NCBI RefSeq assembly: GCF_009914755.1
Contig: NC_060935.1
Direction: 5' to 3' (one strand)
DNA: 64,000 nucleotides
DNA from: the human T2T-CHM13v2.0 reference genome, Homo sapiens
Of the stretch, positions 26,360 to 39,100 are shown piece after piece. The stretch's first letter is position 1, and every line of letters begins with the position of its first letter. Both the position numbers and the translations under genes were made by a program. The notes under the pieces are model-generated. The model was not told the DNA's origin. It was given only the letters and a program-made list of their open reading frames with translations, and did not search any database.

Positions 26360-27020
26360 TAAATTCAAATTGGACCTAGTGTATAATTATTTAATTCTAG
26401 AGAGTCAGTACCAGCATGGGATGAAAGCCTCATGAGAAAGTAGATGTAGAAGCCACTGCAGGGGTCTAGGTGTGAGGGGTGCTCAATGGGGCCAGGGAAA
26501 ATTTTAGACCCTGATGTAAAGTTCATGGCACAAATGTTGTGCCCTGTTGGAGGCAGTAAGTTCTGCTGCTGTGGGAATTTACCAAGGGTTGGATGGAGAA
26601 GCTACTCAGAAACCTGAGACTCCCATGGGATGTGATTGGCAAAGACGCTGAATAATATTCCTGGTTCACTCCTGTCTGCATGTCTCTGTTCTGTTCTGGT
26701 TCCTCAGTAGTCGCTATTGCTGCCACAAATGCTGTTGACAGTATTTGGCTCAGCAGTTCTTGAACCACACCTGTACTTTGTGCTTGGTCAAGTTGAGCTT
26801 TTTAGCCAGTTTTTCCCTCTCTTTGGAGCTTTGAGTACAGGTTATCCTCAAAGAGTTTCCCCAACTCTTTCAGATGTTCCCACTATAGATGGTGCATTCC
26901 TGATGCTGTCTCTGATAAGGGGAGGGGGCCATAAGCCCAAGCTGCTTCTTGCATCCTTTACTCTTGCACAGCTCCCTCTTGGGTGCCAGTTGTCTGAGTC
27001 CTTTGCTCTGGTCAACACAG
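26360..27020 (-). pseudogene. Decayed processed PRD-class K50 homeobox pseudogene, TPRX-like
   Basis: Homeobox at 26908->26729 reads QHQECTIYS(fs)EHLKELGKLFEDNLYS(fs)SSKEREKLAKKLNLTKHKVQVWFKNC*AKYCQQH. Upstream ATG CAA GAA at 26954. No intron between Q46 and V47. TPRX-like C-terminal motif downstream. Confidence 0.85.
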
Positions 27021-30000
27021 CATGAAGCCAACTTTGGTCTTCCATATGTCTGCTTGGGTAATTATGCTCTGCAGAAATAATGCTCCCCATGTGCAGGTTT
27101 AAAGCCTAGTCTTTGAGGGTGATCCAATTCATGTTCTCTAATTCAATTTCCCAGAAATAGATACCGTTTTAACTCTTCCCTGACATATATGTCCATTTCC
27201 AAATTATTTCAGCATTTAAAAGAGCAAAAGAGGATGGGACACCCATCAAATCTCAACAATTTTTAAAGGCTGATCTGAGGCTTGAACCTCATTCTCTTGA
27301 CTCAAAGGCCAGCATGTGTTCTATTGCACATGCAGAGTCCGTTAGTTTCTTCCGATACTAGAAACCATTTACAGAGCCCCTTCTATTTATTGCCAGCAAT
27401 GGTGCTAATTGCTTTATATACATTATCTTATTTAGCCCTCACAACTCTATAAGATCCTATTATCCAAATTTTATATATGAAGCTTAGATAAGTGACTTGC
27501 TCAACTTCATAGAGCTGATGAGTGGAAGAGTTGGAATTTAAACTCAGATTGCTCTAATTACAAAGGTCCTGCTGCTAACCATTAAGTTATAATTTAATAA
27601 TAATAATAATGCTTTAACAATAATGAAGTAATGTTATAATCTAATAACAAAAGTAATACTGTGGTTGCCCATCATAACACTGTTGCATGGGCCTGAGATG
27701 CTTTATGATAGCCTTAGCTTTTCACAGTCCTCCCTTGGTATACACAGGGGATTTTTAAGTGTACAATATAGTATTGTCATCTGTAGGCACAGTAGCAGTG
27801 CTTTACCATACCTGGAGAGCATATTGTTCTCTTTATTGAGCAAATTAAATACTCCCACCTGACTCAGAAATGCTAAATTGCTAACAACCTCCCTAAGGCC
27901 TTATCCTCTTCCCTTTTCTTAAGAAACTTCTCTCTGAGCTACTAAGAACTAGATTAAAATAGAAGCTTTTAGCCAAGTGTGATGGCTCACACCTGTAATC
28001 CCAGCACTTTGGGAGGCTGAGGTGGGAGGACTGCTTGAGCCCAAGACTTCGAGACCAGCCTGGGTAACATGGTGAAACCGCATCTCTACTAAAATACAAA
28101 AATTAGCTGGGCACAGTAGTGTGCACTTGTAGTCCCAGCTACTTGAGGGGCTGAGGTGGGAGGATCGCTTCAGTTGAGCCTGGGAGGTGGAGGTTGCAGT
28201 GAGCCAAGATTGTGCCACTGCACTCCAGCCTGGGTGACACAGCGAGACTCTATTCCCCTCACACCCATAAATAAAAAAAAAAAAAAAAAAAAAAGAGAAG
28301 AAAAAAAATACAGGCTTTTCTCCACTGCCCTGACAAAACCCAAAATATACAGGTCATTATAATCAGTCAATACAAAAGTACTTATTAAGCACTTTCTGGT
28401 GTCTCCTACTGTACTAGACACAAACATAACCATAATAGTCAGTGTGGATTATCACAGAGAAAGCAGGCTTCTATGCAACTGATTAGTCAAGCCCCAGGCA
28501 TTTGTTGTGCTACCTTCAAGGCCTTATGAGAGCTCCTACCAATGTATAGACTTTTATGAGTTGACTGTGATAAGGAGGAAAGCATTGAAGGAAATGATTT
28601 TATGGGTAGGAAATTTGGCAAGGTAGGTTTTGTAAGTCGACTGTAGAGAGCTTAGGACATCTGTGAATCTCAGTGTTTCTCTTTCCAGCCCCCTGGAGAT
28701 GAATACCCTACTTTGAGAAAACAGTAGCTGGGTTCAGTTAAATAGCAACAGCTTTTGGTAATCAAAATAGCATGGAGAGATGGAGAAAGAAGCTTCCTCC
28801 TGCAACTTCACAAAGCTATTAAGAGTTAACTACACTGAGTAATCTCAGAGTCTAAGGCTATGTTGGTTCTCACACCAACAATGTCTGTAAAAGTTAAGTA
28901 ATGTTTTCTAAATACATCTCTCTCCTACCCTGTCCCATCCTGAGGTACAGCGCAATGAGTAAGGGAAGGGAGGGAACAGGCCTGTGTGTTTTGATAAAAA
29001 GTGACACTTCACAACTTTAAGGCCCACTGGCCTAAGATAATGAGTATGGAGTACCCAGACTTTTCATGCATTGTTTTCTCCCACTGTACCAGAGAAGTTC
29101 AAGGAATGAGTCACTTTTTGGTCTACAGAGTTAGAGCAAGTATATAAGCTTGGATCCTGTGATTGTAAATCCAGTTTGTTTTTTTCCCCACTGTTCCATA
29201 GCTGCTTTATGGAACATTGTCCCCAGGGCCCTAAAAAGGAGTAGCTGGGAAACATGCATTGCTTTCTATTCTGAAATTCTGAATACTACTGAATTCTATT
29301 ATGTGTAGGGCCCTATAATAGAGCTTCAAGATAAATATATGTGCACATGTTTACACATATGTATGTCTATATTAAGGTCCTTGGTTTTATTAGTAGTTTT
29401 AATCTACTTAGGAAGATAGGACATATTCATAAAAGAATTTAAAAAATAAAGTTCTGTGTGCTTAGCCCCAAATAAGTGATTTAGACCACAGAAGCATGGC
29501 AAGTAATGTGTTGCTAATATTGAAGATGCAAGTTTTGCAAATAATTTCCCTTTAGAACAAATAAGGATAATAAAGACATTCTCATTCACTTGCATGTCAG
29601 TATGCCTTCTTAAATTGGGGATAAAGAGGTAGAATTATGACACCAACTAGACAGAAATTACAAATTGTGCATAACAATAAATAATTTTACATATAAAATT
29701 AATCTATTAGATTTTTTTTTTCCTGTCGGGATGGGGAAAAGCCTGAAAATAGTTAATTTATACATAGAACTTTGGAATTTCCTAGGACAGACAATTATTG
29801 CAAGCTAATAATTTTAAAAATTGTATAACATGAGACAGAAGAGTACAGCTGCATCTTGATTGGAGTGAGGGATTTATGTGGACTGTAGGAGATTATGGGG
29901 AGTAAGAGGAAGGCTTCACTCCAGGCCCAAGAAATGCAACGGAAACTAACATTGGAAAAATGGTGGTTGTATGGCAGGAAGTTTTTACATTATCTCATTT

Positions 30001-30149
30001 AATAATTACATATATTATCTCATTTAATACTTACAAGAATCTGGGACAATTGGGATTGCTCTCTCAATTGTAAACACAAAGAAACTGATCTCAGGAGAGA
30101 AAAAGTAAATTGTCCAAGGTAAGCCATCTAGGAAATGAGATAGATTAAA

Positions 30150-30450
30150 TAAAGCCACAAATTCTTTTCAGCTCTTCTCATCAAGACCAATATTTTAAAA
30201 AGCTGGTCTAGCTTTTGGGAGGATGACAGTCCACATAGAAGTCACCCCAGTCAAGCAAGATATGTGAGGTCATGGGCAACCTTCCAGCCCAGCCAGCCCT
30301 CCTGCTGAATGCAGCAGTGTGAGCAAGCTCAGGTGATACCAACAGAGAAGCTGCCCAGCCAGTCCATGTAATCATGAGAAACAAGAAATTGCTGCTGTTC
30401 TAAGAGTCTGTGTTATAGAGTGGTTTGTTATATAGTAATCGATAACTGAA
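30150..30450 (+). mobile_element. Partial old MLT1 LTR
   Basis: gctgaatgcagc..gaagctgcccagc..atcatgagaaa..gtggtttgttat..gataactgaaa 3' end. Confidence 0.65.
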
Positions 30451-30737
30451 AGAGCCAGACTTTGACTTTAGGGCCTCCTTGTTCCAAAGCTGATGTTCTT
30501 TCCATAACACATACCACCATTTTGTCATCTATAACATAGAAGTCTTTGATAAAATAATCTATAAGTCTCCTCTGAATTCTTCATAAAATCATATTCCAGA
30601 CACACAGAATTGGAAAAGTCCAAGGTCTATTCGGATAACAGGAAGAAGGCAGTCTAAACAAGACAGAAGGTTGCTGTAGAAGTAATAGAAGAGTCTTTTT
30701 ATTTTCTTTTTTCTTTTTTTTTGAGACAGGATCTTGA

Positions 30738-31019
<282 letters not shown>

Positions 31020-31925
31020 TAATAGAGATGGGGTTTCACCATGTTGCCCAGGCTGGCCTTGAACTCCTGAGCTCAAGTGATCCACCCACCTCAGCCTTCC
31101 CTAGTGCTGGGAATACAGGCGTGAGCCACAGCACCCAGCCAAAAGAAGAGTCTTATATAGCGTAGTGATTCAGAGCAAGAGCTGGGTTTGAATCCTGGCT
31201 CCACCACTCAGTTGCTTTGTGACTTTGAACAAGTCATGTAACCTCCCTGTGCTTTGATATTCCCATCTGTTAAAGGGTAGTAGAAATAGAACCTTTCTCA
31301 CAACCTTGTTGTAAATGAGGTAACATATGGAAAAACTTAGGACAGGGACGCCAAGTGGACTGAGACCAGAGGCAGAGTGTAACCTGCCATTGAGGTGAGG
31401 GAAATGTCACAAAGGCAGTGTTTGATGCTGGTGATGAAGTTTGCCTATGGCAGTAGCACAGCCCTTCCAATCATGTAAGAGTCTGGGAAACTTTCGTGGA
31501 TGGACTACTGAATATTTTTTTGGCATCTCCAAGCAGAGAAGGCTTTTATTATAGTGATAGATGGTATAATGAGTGCTTTTAGGATAACAAATCCTCAACA
31601 GCTACATAATGTCTTCACCTATAAAGTATTTCACATCCTTTTGTCATTTGATGGCTACTGTGCAAATAATTAGGAACCACAGAGTCAGTGTTCTAGTCAT
31701 TCATTCAACAAATATTTATGCAACATTTCCTGGAGGAAATAACGGTAAAGGGAATAGGAATGACCTCTGTTCTTATAGAAATTATAGTAGAATGAAGAAA
31801 AGAGACCCAGTAAGCAGGCAATGATTGTCTAGAGTGCTAAATATTTTACTGGGGGAGGTGTGGAGTACTATGAGTTGCATATAGAAAGTATTCCTCCTAC
31901 ATATTTTATATTTTACCATCTGAAA

Positions 31926-32298
31926 TGATATGGTTTGGCTCTGTGTCCCACCCATATCTCATGTCAAATTGTAATCCCCAATGTTGGAGGTGGGGCCTGG
32001 TGGGAGGTAACTAAATCATGGGAGTGGTTTCTAATGGTTTAGCACCATCCCCCTAGTGCTGTCTCATGATAGAGTTCTCACAAGATCTGGTTGTTTTAGC
32101 ACCTCCCCACCACCTCTCCTGCTGGCCATGTGAAGATGGGCCTGTTTCCCCTTTGCCGTCATTGTAAGTTTCCTGAGGCCTCCCCAGAAACAAAAGCCCA
32201 TACAGCCTGCAGAAGCATGAGCTGATTAAACCTCTTTTCTTTATAAATTACCCAGTCTCAGGTAGTTATCTTTAGCAGTGTGAGAATGAACTAATACG
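31926..32298 (+). mobile_element. MaLR solo LTR (MSTA-like)
   Basis: Termini tgatatggtttggctctgtgtcc...gaactaatac; flanked by a 67-bp duplication. Confidence 0.92.
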
Positions 32299-35200
32299 TA
32301 TGGGGTACTATGAGTTGCTTATAGAAAGTATTCTTGGTATACATTTTATATATTACCTTCTGAAATAAAGTGATCTAAATGGATATCTGGAAGGTAAGTA
32401 GGAGTTAGCCAGGATGATGCCTGCAATTTTGCTACAAGTTAAGACTAGCTTAAATAGTGAACTCCTGCTAAAGAGCAGTGAAGAGAATACTGCATCAGTA
32501 GGATGGGATCTCTGGTATTGGAATTTCATTCCTGATAGCAGAGGATAAGAAAACTGCTAGCTGACTGGGATCCAGAGGTGACTAAATAGGAGTATAGTGA
32601 AGCTGACCTTGATAAATCCTCTTAAAAAGTGACCCAGAAAGACGAAAGAACCAGAAGAAGGTGAGATTAAGAGGTGAACTACATCTCTTAGGTTATAAAC
32701 ATGCAGAAAAACAAAGGATGGTATAATAGAAAAAACACAAGTCAGATGACCTACAATCTGATCTTGTCTTAACCATGAACTCCCTTTTAGTGTATGATGT
32801 TAGATAATAAATTTTCCCTCTCTGGGACTCTGGCTTGTCCATTTATAAGATATGTGAGTTGGACTGCTTAAAAGGAGACAAGAAGGGGATGCTACAGTAC
32901 AAGAAGTGAAAGTGGTCAGACATGTAGTTCACAAACATTGCTCTCAAGCCGCAACCTGGCCAAAGCACAGAGGAATTTAGGACCTGACTTTGAGCAGGTG
33001 AAGTCATTTGCTATCAATCCTAGGAAGGGAATAAATTTTTCTAGACACAGGGCTCACTTCTCTGGTTATTTATTGCAGGTCTGCAGAGGAAAGCACACTG
33101 TGAGTTTACTTAGTTGCTTGTCCCTCTCCTGCACTTGGCACCCTTCTGTTCCCTTCCTTCTATTATAAGGAACTCAGGGTATATGAAAGAATGGTCCTAG
33201 AGGAGCACAGCCCAAACCAAAGCTAATTGATTGCTAATGGGAGGTCTCAGTGGGGGAATGATCTTTAGAAAATTGTAGTGGAAATCCTAGTACCTAGCCT
33301 TTCTTAGAACAGTACCTCCCTTCTTTTTGAACACTGATCCCCCACTTCAACTATATAGTTCCAGTAGGAGCTGGAAATCATAGAATCTCTCACCCTTGGC
33401 ACAGGGATGAACATGTCTCTTCCAGCCAGGGCCAAAGAGAAATTTTGCAAATTAGAGGTAAGGGGAAGGGCTCAGTCCCCCTCAGATAGCAAAAGTGTGA
33501 GATGGAGCCAGGAGGTATCGGTAGCCACATCCCTTGCAGTGTGGAGGAAGCCAGTCTGTAGTTGGTAGGCTGACAGATGGGGTGTGGTGGGGTGGGAGGT
33601 GGGGTGGGGATCGGGGGGAGGACAAGCATGCAATCTACCTTGTGGCATTATTGTGCCTATTTCCAGTTGTCCTGGAGGTCCAGCTATAACTTTACCCTTA
33701 CTTATATGAAAAAATAAATGTGTCTTTTGACATTTTGAGGTTTCTACCCTTAGCAACCAAAAAAGTATTGCTTGACCCAAAAATCATTAGTTTTCTGCCG
33801 GAGGTGACTACTTAACTATGTTCAGATGTAAGGTCACTCCTGGTCCTGGACCCCTTGTAGTCCAAGTTTCCTGGAATGGCCTATACTTCCCATGTGTTCA
33901 ATATTTTAATAAGTTTACCAAGTAATACTTCTAAACTACTCCGCATAATGACCCTCTGAGGTGGACAGGGTAGGGTTATCCCTATTTTACATCAAAAATA
34001 CTGGGGTGAAGTGACTTGCCAACATCGTGTAGTAAGTTAGAGGTAGAGCAAGGACTCAAACCCTGGACATGACTAGTACTCTATTATGACAAGCTCTCTG
34101 TCCACTTAGGCAAGAGCGTTGGAATGGCTGAGAATATGTTGCTTATTCATTCAACAAATACCATTGAGCCTGTGCTCGGGCCAAGCACCGTTCTGGGGCC
34201 CAGAGTACAGTGTCAAATGAGACACAGCCTCTGACTCACAAAAGCTGATAATCTAGACTGTGTATACACTAGTAAAAAGGCAATTAGAATAAAGTGTGGT
34301 AAATACCATGGTAGATGGAGTCCTTCTGGAACAGATAGGAGGGGCACTAAACCTGTTCTGATAAGAATTAGGAAAGGATTCTCAGCAAGGTCACTGCCAG
34401 TCCAGTACCTTTTTGTGAATCAGAGAAAAAAAGAGTGCTCTTTCCTTAAAACACCAACTGCCGGGACATTTTTATAAAAGCATATAAACCTGTAATATAT
34501 TTTCTGTGATCAGCACACCCTTGGTATGTGCAGCAGGCAACCAGTTCAACTGTGTGTGGCACCCTGCTTCCCAGAGGAAATAACATTGAAGCTGAGATCC
34601 AAAGGGTGAGTGTGTGTTAGCAGACAGCCTACCTGTCGGCTCCAGGCCTGTCTGAGAATTGGGTCTGCTGCCAAACATGCCATTATTTATTTAGGCAGCA
34701 CAGCCCTCCTGTGGCTGCTCCTATGTCCTCACTGACACCACAATCCCTTTTTTCTTTGCTTCAGTCTGGTCTCCCATGGATCCCAGAGGACTCTCTCCCT
34801 GCAGGTTATTCAATCTCCCTAGACCTGTTTGTCTACCAGGGACTAGATTAAGAGTTTGTGTTTCTGGACCGTAGCCCTCAGTGGTGCTTAATTCAAAAAG
34901 AAACCCCAAGAGAAAACCCGATCCTCTCTGGGAGGGCCCAGCCTAGAGGATAAAGTATCTAAAGGCCTAGGGATTGTACAGCCTTTTCCTGATTGGCTGC
35001 TAATTATGTTCTTCTCTTGACTGCAGTTTTTCATTTCGTTTTGGTTTATCTGTGGCATTTTCTGAGCTCAACGAGAGAAATAAATAAGAAGGGAGCATGC
35101 AACCCTGTTGTTGTTAGAATCCTAAAATAGTAGGACTGGGGGAAAAAAAAACAGTATGCTCTCCCTTCCCAGCATTCTTATCTAGGTGAAAACAAACTGC

Positions 35201-36519
35201 GAATGCAGATTTAAAGGGGAGTAGAAACGGCTTTTATAAGAGAAAACTGGAGGAGCGTTCAGGAAAGGACAGAGACAGTTCCATCTCTTTGCTTTAGTGA
35301 CATTAGGGGTTCATGTGTTGACGGAATGTATATGAAGCTCAGATCTTTTAGAATCAGCTGACAGGTGGAACTATTTTCCTTCCCAACCATCTGCACACTC
35401 TGTAAAGATAGAACAGCGTCACGTTTCAATGCACTGGATGTCTTGATCATGAAATTACCTCTACTTTAGAGATGTTACTGGCTCCCATTCCCAGATTCCC
35501 CCGCCTGTTGTAATGCTTGCTATGATTAGGTTAGGTTATTAGGTTGTATTATATTATTGCTCCTGAGTTCACAGGAAATTCTTTTTTATCCTTCCCCCGC
35601 CAACCCCCCCCCCGCCCCGCCGCCCATTTCATACTAGGCTCTTCCAAGATTATTTTAAGGAAGGTTGTTCGATTCCTAGACTGTTCAAATGGAAGAATTT
35701 TAGGTGTCTGGCTTAGCTCTGCAGATTACAGCCAAGGAGCACAGGCCCAGAGGGGCATTGAGTGACAAAGGTCAGCTGAGGAGTTAGCAGCAGAGCTTAA
35801 GTGTCCTCTCCAATGTTCTTTCTACCACTGACACTATCTCTTTTTTGGCAGGTGATTAGCCTGGGATGAATTCTGGCACGGTTCTGAAAAGCGTGCTGTC
35901 TTTCTTCTTCTAGCTACAAATTCCTCTTTTCCAGTTCCTTCCTCTTCTGTCTTTTCTCCTTATATTTTGAATCTCATCCAGCAGCCACAACAGGTGTTGG
36001 GCCTGCCTCTCAAAAAATCCTACAGCTTGGCTGGCAGGGTCCTAGGGGTGGAGCATGTCCTTGCACCACCCAGTTGGCTGCCAGATCAATTTCAAGGTCT
36101 CTCTGGTAGCCTCCAGGGCCAGTTCTACTAAGAAGCTCCTCCCTCCTTGGAGCATCCAGTGATTGGCATGTAAACTCTTCAAAAGTCTGCTCTGAGCGCC
36201 TCGTGTGAGGAATATTTTATTGCAAACTTAAGCTCCCTGAGAATTGTTCTCTCGTACTAAGCTTGACACAGTGTTAATCTATAATGGAGGCTGTTGTTGA
36301 CAATCATGGTAAGAAAAACTCACTTGTTTACCTGAAACCTTCCCAGACTAGTCCTTTTTCGCTTCGATTGTTCCACTGGTGAGGGTGGGGCTGCTGCTGT
36401 GCCAAGTGCAATACTTTTTGTACACTCAACAAAAAATTGTAATAAATGTACATTTGGGGCTCCGTTTGAGCTTAAATTATGTCCACTTTTGGAATTCACA
36501 CAGGTGTGGGTATTCGTGA

Positions 36520-36978
36520 TATGGCAGCCACCAGGAGTGAGCTGTTCAGGTCTCCCACAGGGAGCCTGCTGGGAGAAGAGCAGTTAGTGGCCGGCCTCAG
36601 GCAGCAGCACCTTTGGGCTCTCCTGCAGTGTTTACACCCCGGTTATGCTCACCCTGGCCTTCTCCCTGCCACTGACCAAGCTCTGCAGACGTATGAAAGT
36701 CAAGCCATTCCTGCCCAACATGGGACTCCTGTAATGGGCAGTCTCTGCTCTGGGGCTCCTCATCAGCCTGGCTGAGACTTTCTCAGAGCTGCATTGAAAC
36801 CTGACGCTCCTCCTGCCTGGTCCTTCTTCCTTCCCTCTTTTTTTCGCTGGTGTCAGATCTGCATCACCATCTGAGGCTCCCGCATCTACTCCTGCTCCCT
36901 CACAGGCATTCCCCACCCCAGTACATTTCTGGCACTTCTCACTCCATTTTGGCATCTGCTTCCTGGAGGAACCAATTG
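36520..36978 (+). mobile_element. ERVL LTR (LTR16 class)
   Basis: ccattcctgcccaac..gggactcct..gctgagactttctcagagctgc..ggtgtcagatctgcatc..ggcatctgcttcctggaggaacc. Confidence 0.7.
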
Positions 36979-38494
36979 GGCATATTCGACCTAGTAGGCC
37001 CAACTCACCCAAAGTCCATTTTTTGTGAGGGCTTTGGGTCTCTCCTGGGAGAGAACTCATCTTAAGGAAAGTAAGGAGATAGGCAACATGGATCCAGTAA
37101 TAGAATCTTCAAAATCAAGGAGGAATGAGCCAACATTTAACATTAGGTTTGTCATACAGATTTGTTTCTTGACCTTGCTGCAGCTCAGGCTTAGGAATTT
37201 GTAGAGGGAAACTGGGGTTAGGAAGGAATCAGCAAAATATAGAAGAGCTGCTTTACTGAAAGCAAAGGACATAAATATTACCCATTAGAAACCCATGTGA
37301 CAAAGTATAGCACGATGGGGAGAGAGAGTTTCCTCACCTCCATGCATTCCATGTAACAGATGCTATGTACTGGGAACTCCAGAAGTGTCCAAGTCACCTG
37401 GCATCTCATCAATTCAGCATGTGAGAATCACTCTCCAGGCCTCTCAGAAATTAAGAGGTGCATTTCTCAGGGAACTAGGGTCCTTGGTTAATAGGCAGAG
37501 GCAATAGGTCGCAAAACTGTATATAAATTTGAATCACAGACTATTATAGCTGAAAGGAACTATAGTTCCTTTCCCTATAGATTCTGTATAGATTTCATCC
37601 ATCCATATAGACTGGATGATCTATAGTAATCATCCAATCTGCTGATTTTCAAACTACATTCCATAGAGATTCTCAAAGTCCTGGGGGGAGAGTGCTACAG
37701 ATGAAATAATGGTAGTTCAACAAAGGGAGAAATTAATTTAATTTGATGCAAGAAGGTATTTGATAAAAGTAAAGTGACGAGCTGATGAATTGATCAATTT
37801 AGGTCAAACAGCTAATAAATGAAGGTGCTGAGATAAGAATCCTGATTTCCCAGCTTCTTATGTGACTTTATAGGGGACTTTGGCTATTACTTTTGCAATG
37901 TGATGTCTGTGAGCAAATTACCCAGAATGGAAAGAATTTTGGGATCCTAGTGTATGTTTTGTCTGTGTTCTACTCTTGGGAGAGAGGCATATTGCATCTG
38001 CCTTATGGATGCAGCTGGGTGACTCTAAACGTGTGCTTTTCCTGGAGTCTGGTTTTCATTATCTTTATATCCTCAGGCTCACAAGTCAGCTGGGACAGGG
38101 ATGCTGACAGAAAGGACTAGTGGAAATAATATATTTGCTTCTAATTTAGAATAAAAACAACCACACCCCACAGATCAAAACCCATGGAAACTTCCATCAC
38201 CCTGGGGCAGTGTTTAGAGTGGCATTTCTGAAAGAGTTCTGAGAGACGCTTAATATGCTCCTGCAAAAGGGTCCCACATCAAATACTTTTGTGCAATGTT
38301 TCATATTATATCCCTGTCTTGGAGACTCCTGTTGCACATAAAAGTCTCTGAAGAGCTCTGCAAAAGATGTCTCTTTAATCTTAATCCAGTGTTTTATAAA
38401 CTTGCTTGTTGATGGAAACTTTTATACATGGAATATCTATTATCATCATATAGAACACAGGCTTTGGAAATGCTGGGTAAAGACCACTGGCTAG

Positions 38495-38662
<168 letters not shown>

Positions 38663-38964
38663 TGAGTAGCTGGGATCACAGGCACATGCCACTGAACCTG
38701 GCTAATTTTTTAATTTTTAATAGAGACGGTGTTTCACCAGGTTGGCCAGGCTGGTCTCGAACTCCTGACCTCATGATCTACCCACCTTGGCCTCCCAAAG
38801 TGCTGGGATTACAGGTATGAGCCCCCGTGCCCGGCCCTGATTTGCATTTTTAAACTCTTCTTTGGACTCCAGTTTCCTCATCTGCAAAAGGAGAGGGTTA
38901 TAATCAGTGATCTAGAGAGAAAAAGGACTACAATTTATTGCAGACCCACTCTGTGCCAGGCTGT

Positions 38965-39100
38965 GGATGTGCCACCATGGCCTATGCTTACAAGGGCCCC
39001 CACACTTGGTTTAATACTCTGCTGTCACCATCTTTAAATTATCGGTAATTTTTGAACAAGGTGCCAGCATTTTCATTTTGTGCTGGGACTTGCATTTTTG
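38965..39100 (+). mobile_element. MER45A-like hAT-Tip100 fragment
   Basis: agggccccacacttggtttaatactctgctgtcaccatc..aatttttgaacaagg..cattttcattttg. Confidence 0.65.

Noticed and set aside
26523-27090. Track ORFs 26523-26768, 26717-27025 and 26848-27090 as genes
   Set aside because: Off-frame or antisense readings of the decayed homeobox retrocopy; the homeodomain frame itself carries frameshifts and stops.
36399-37065. Cluster of overlapping ORFs
   Set aside because: They lie over an LTR16-class LTR.
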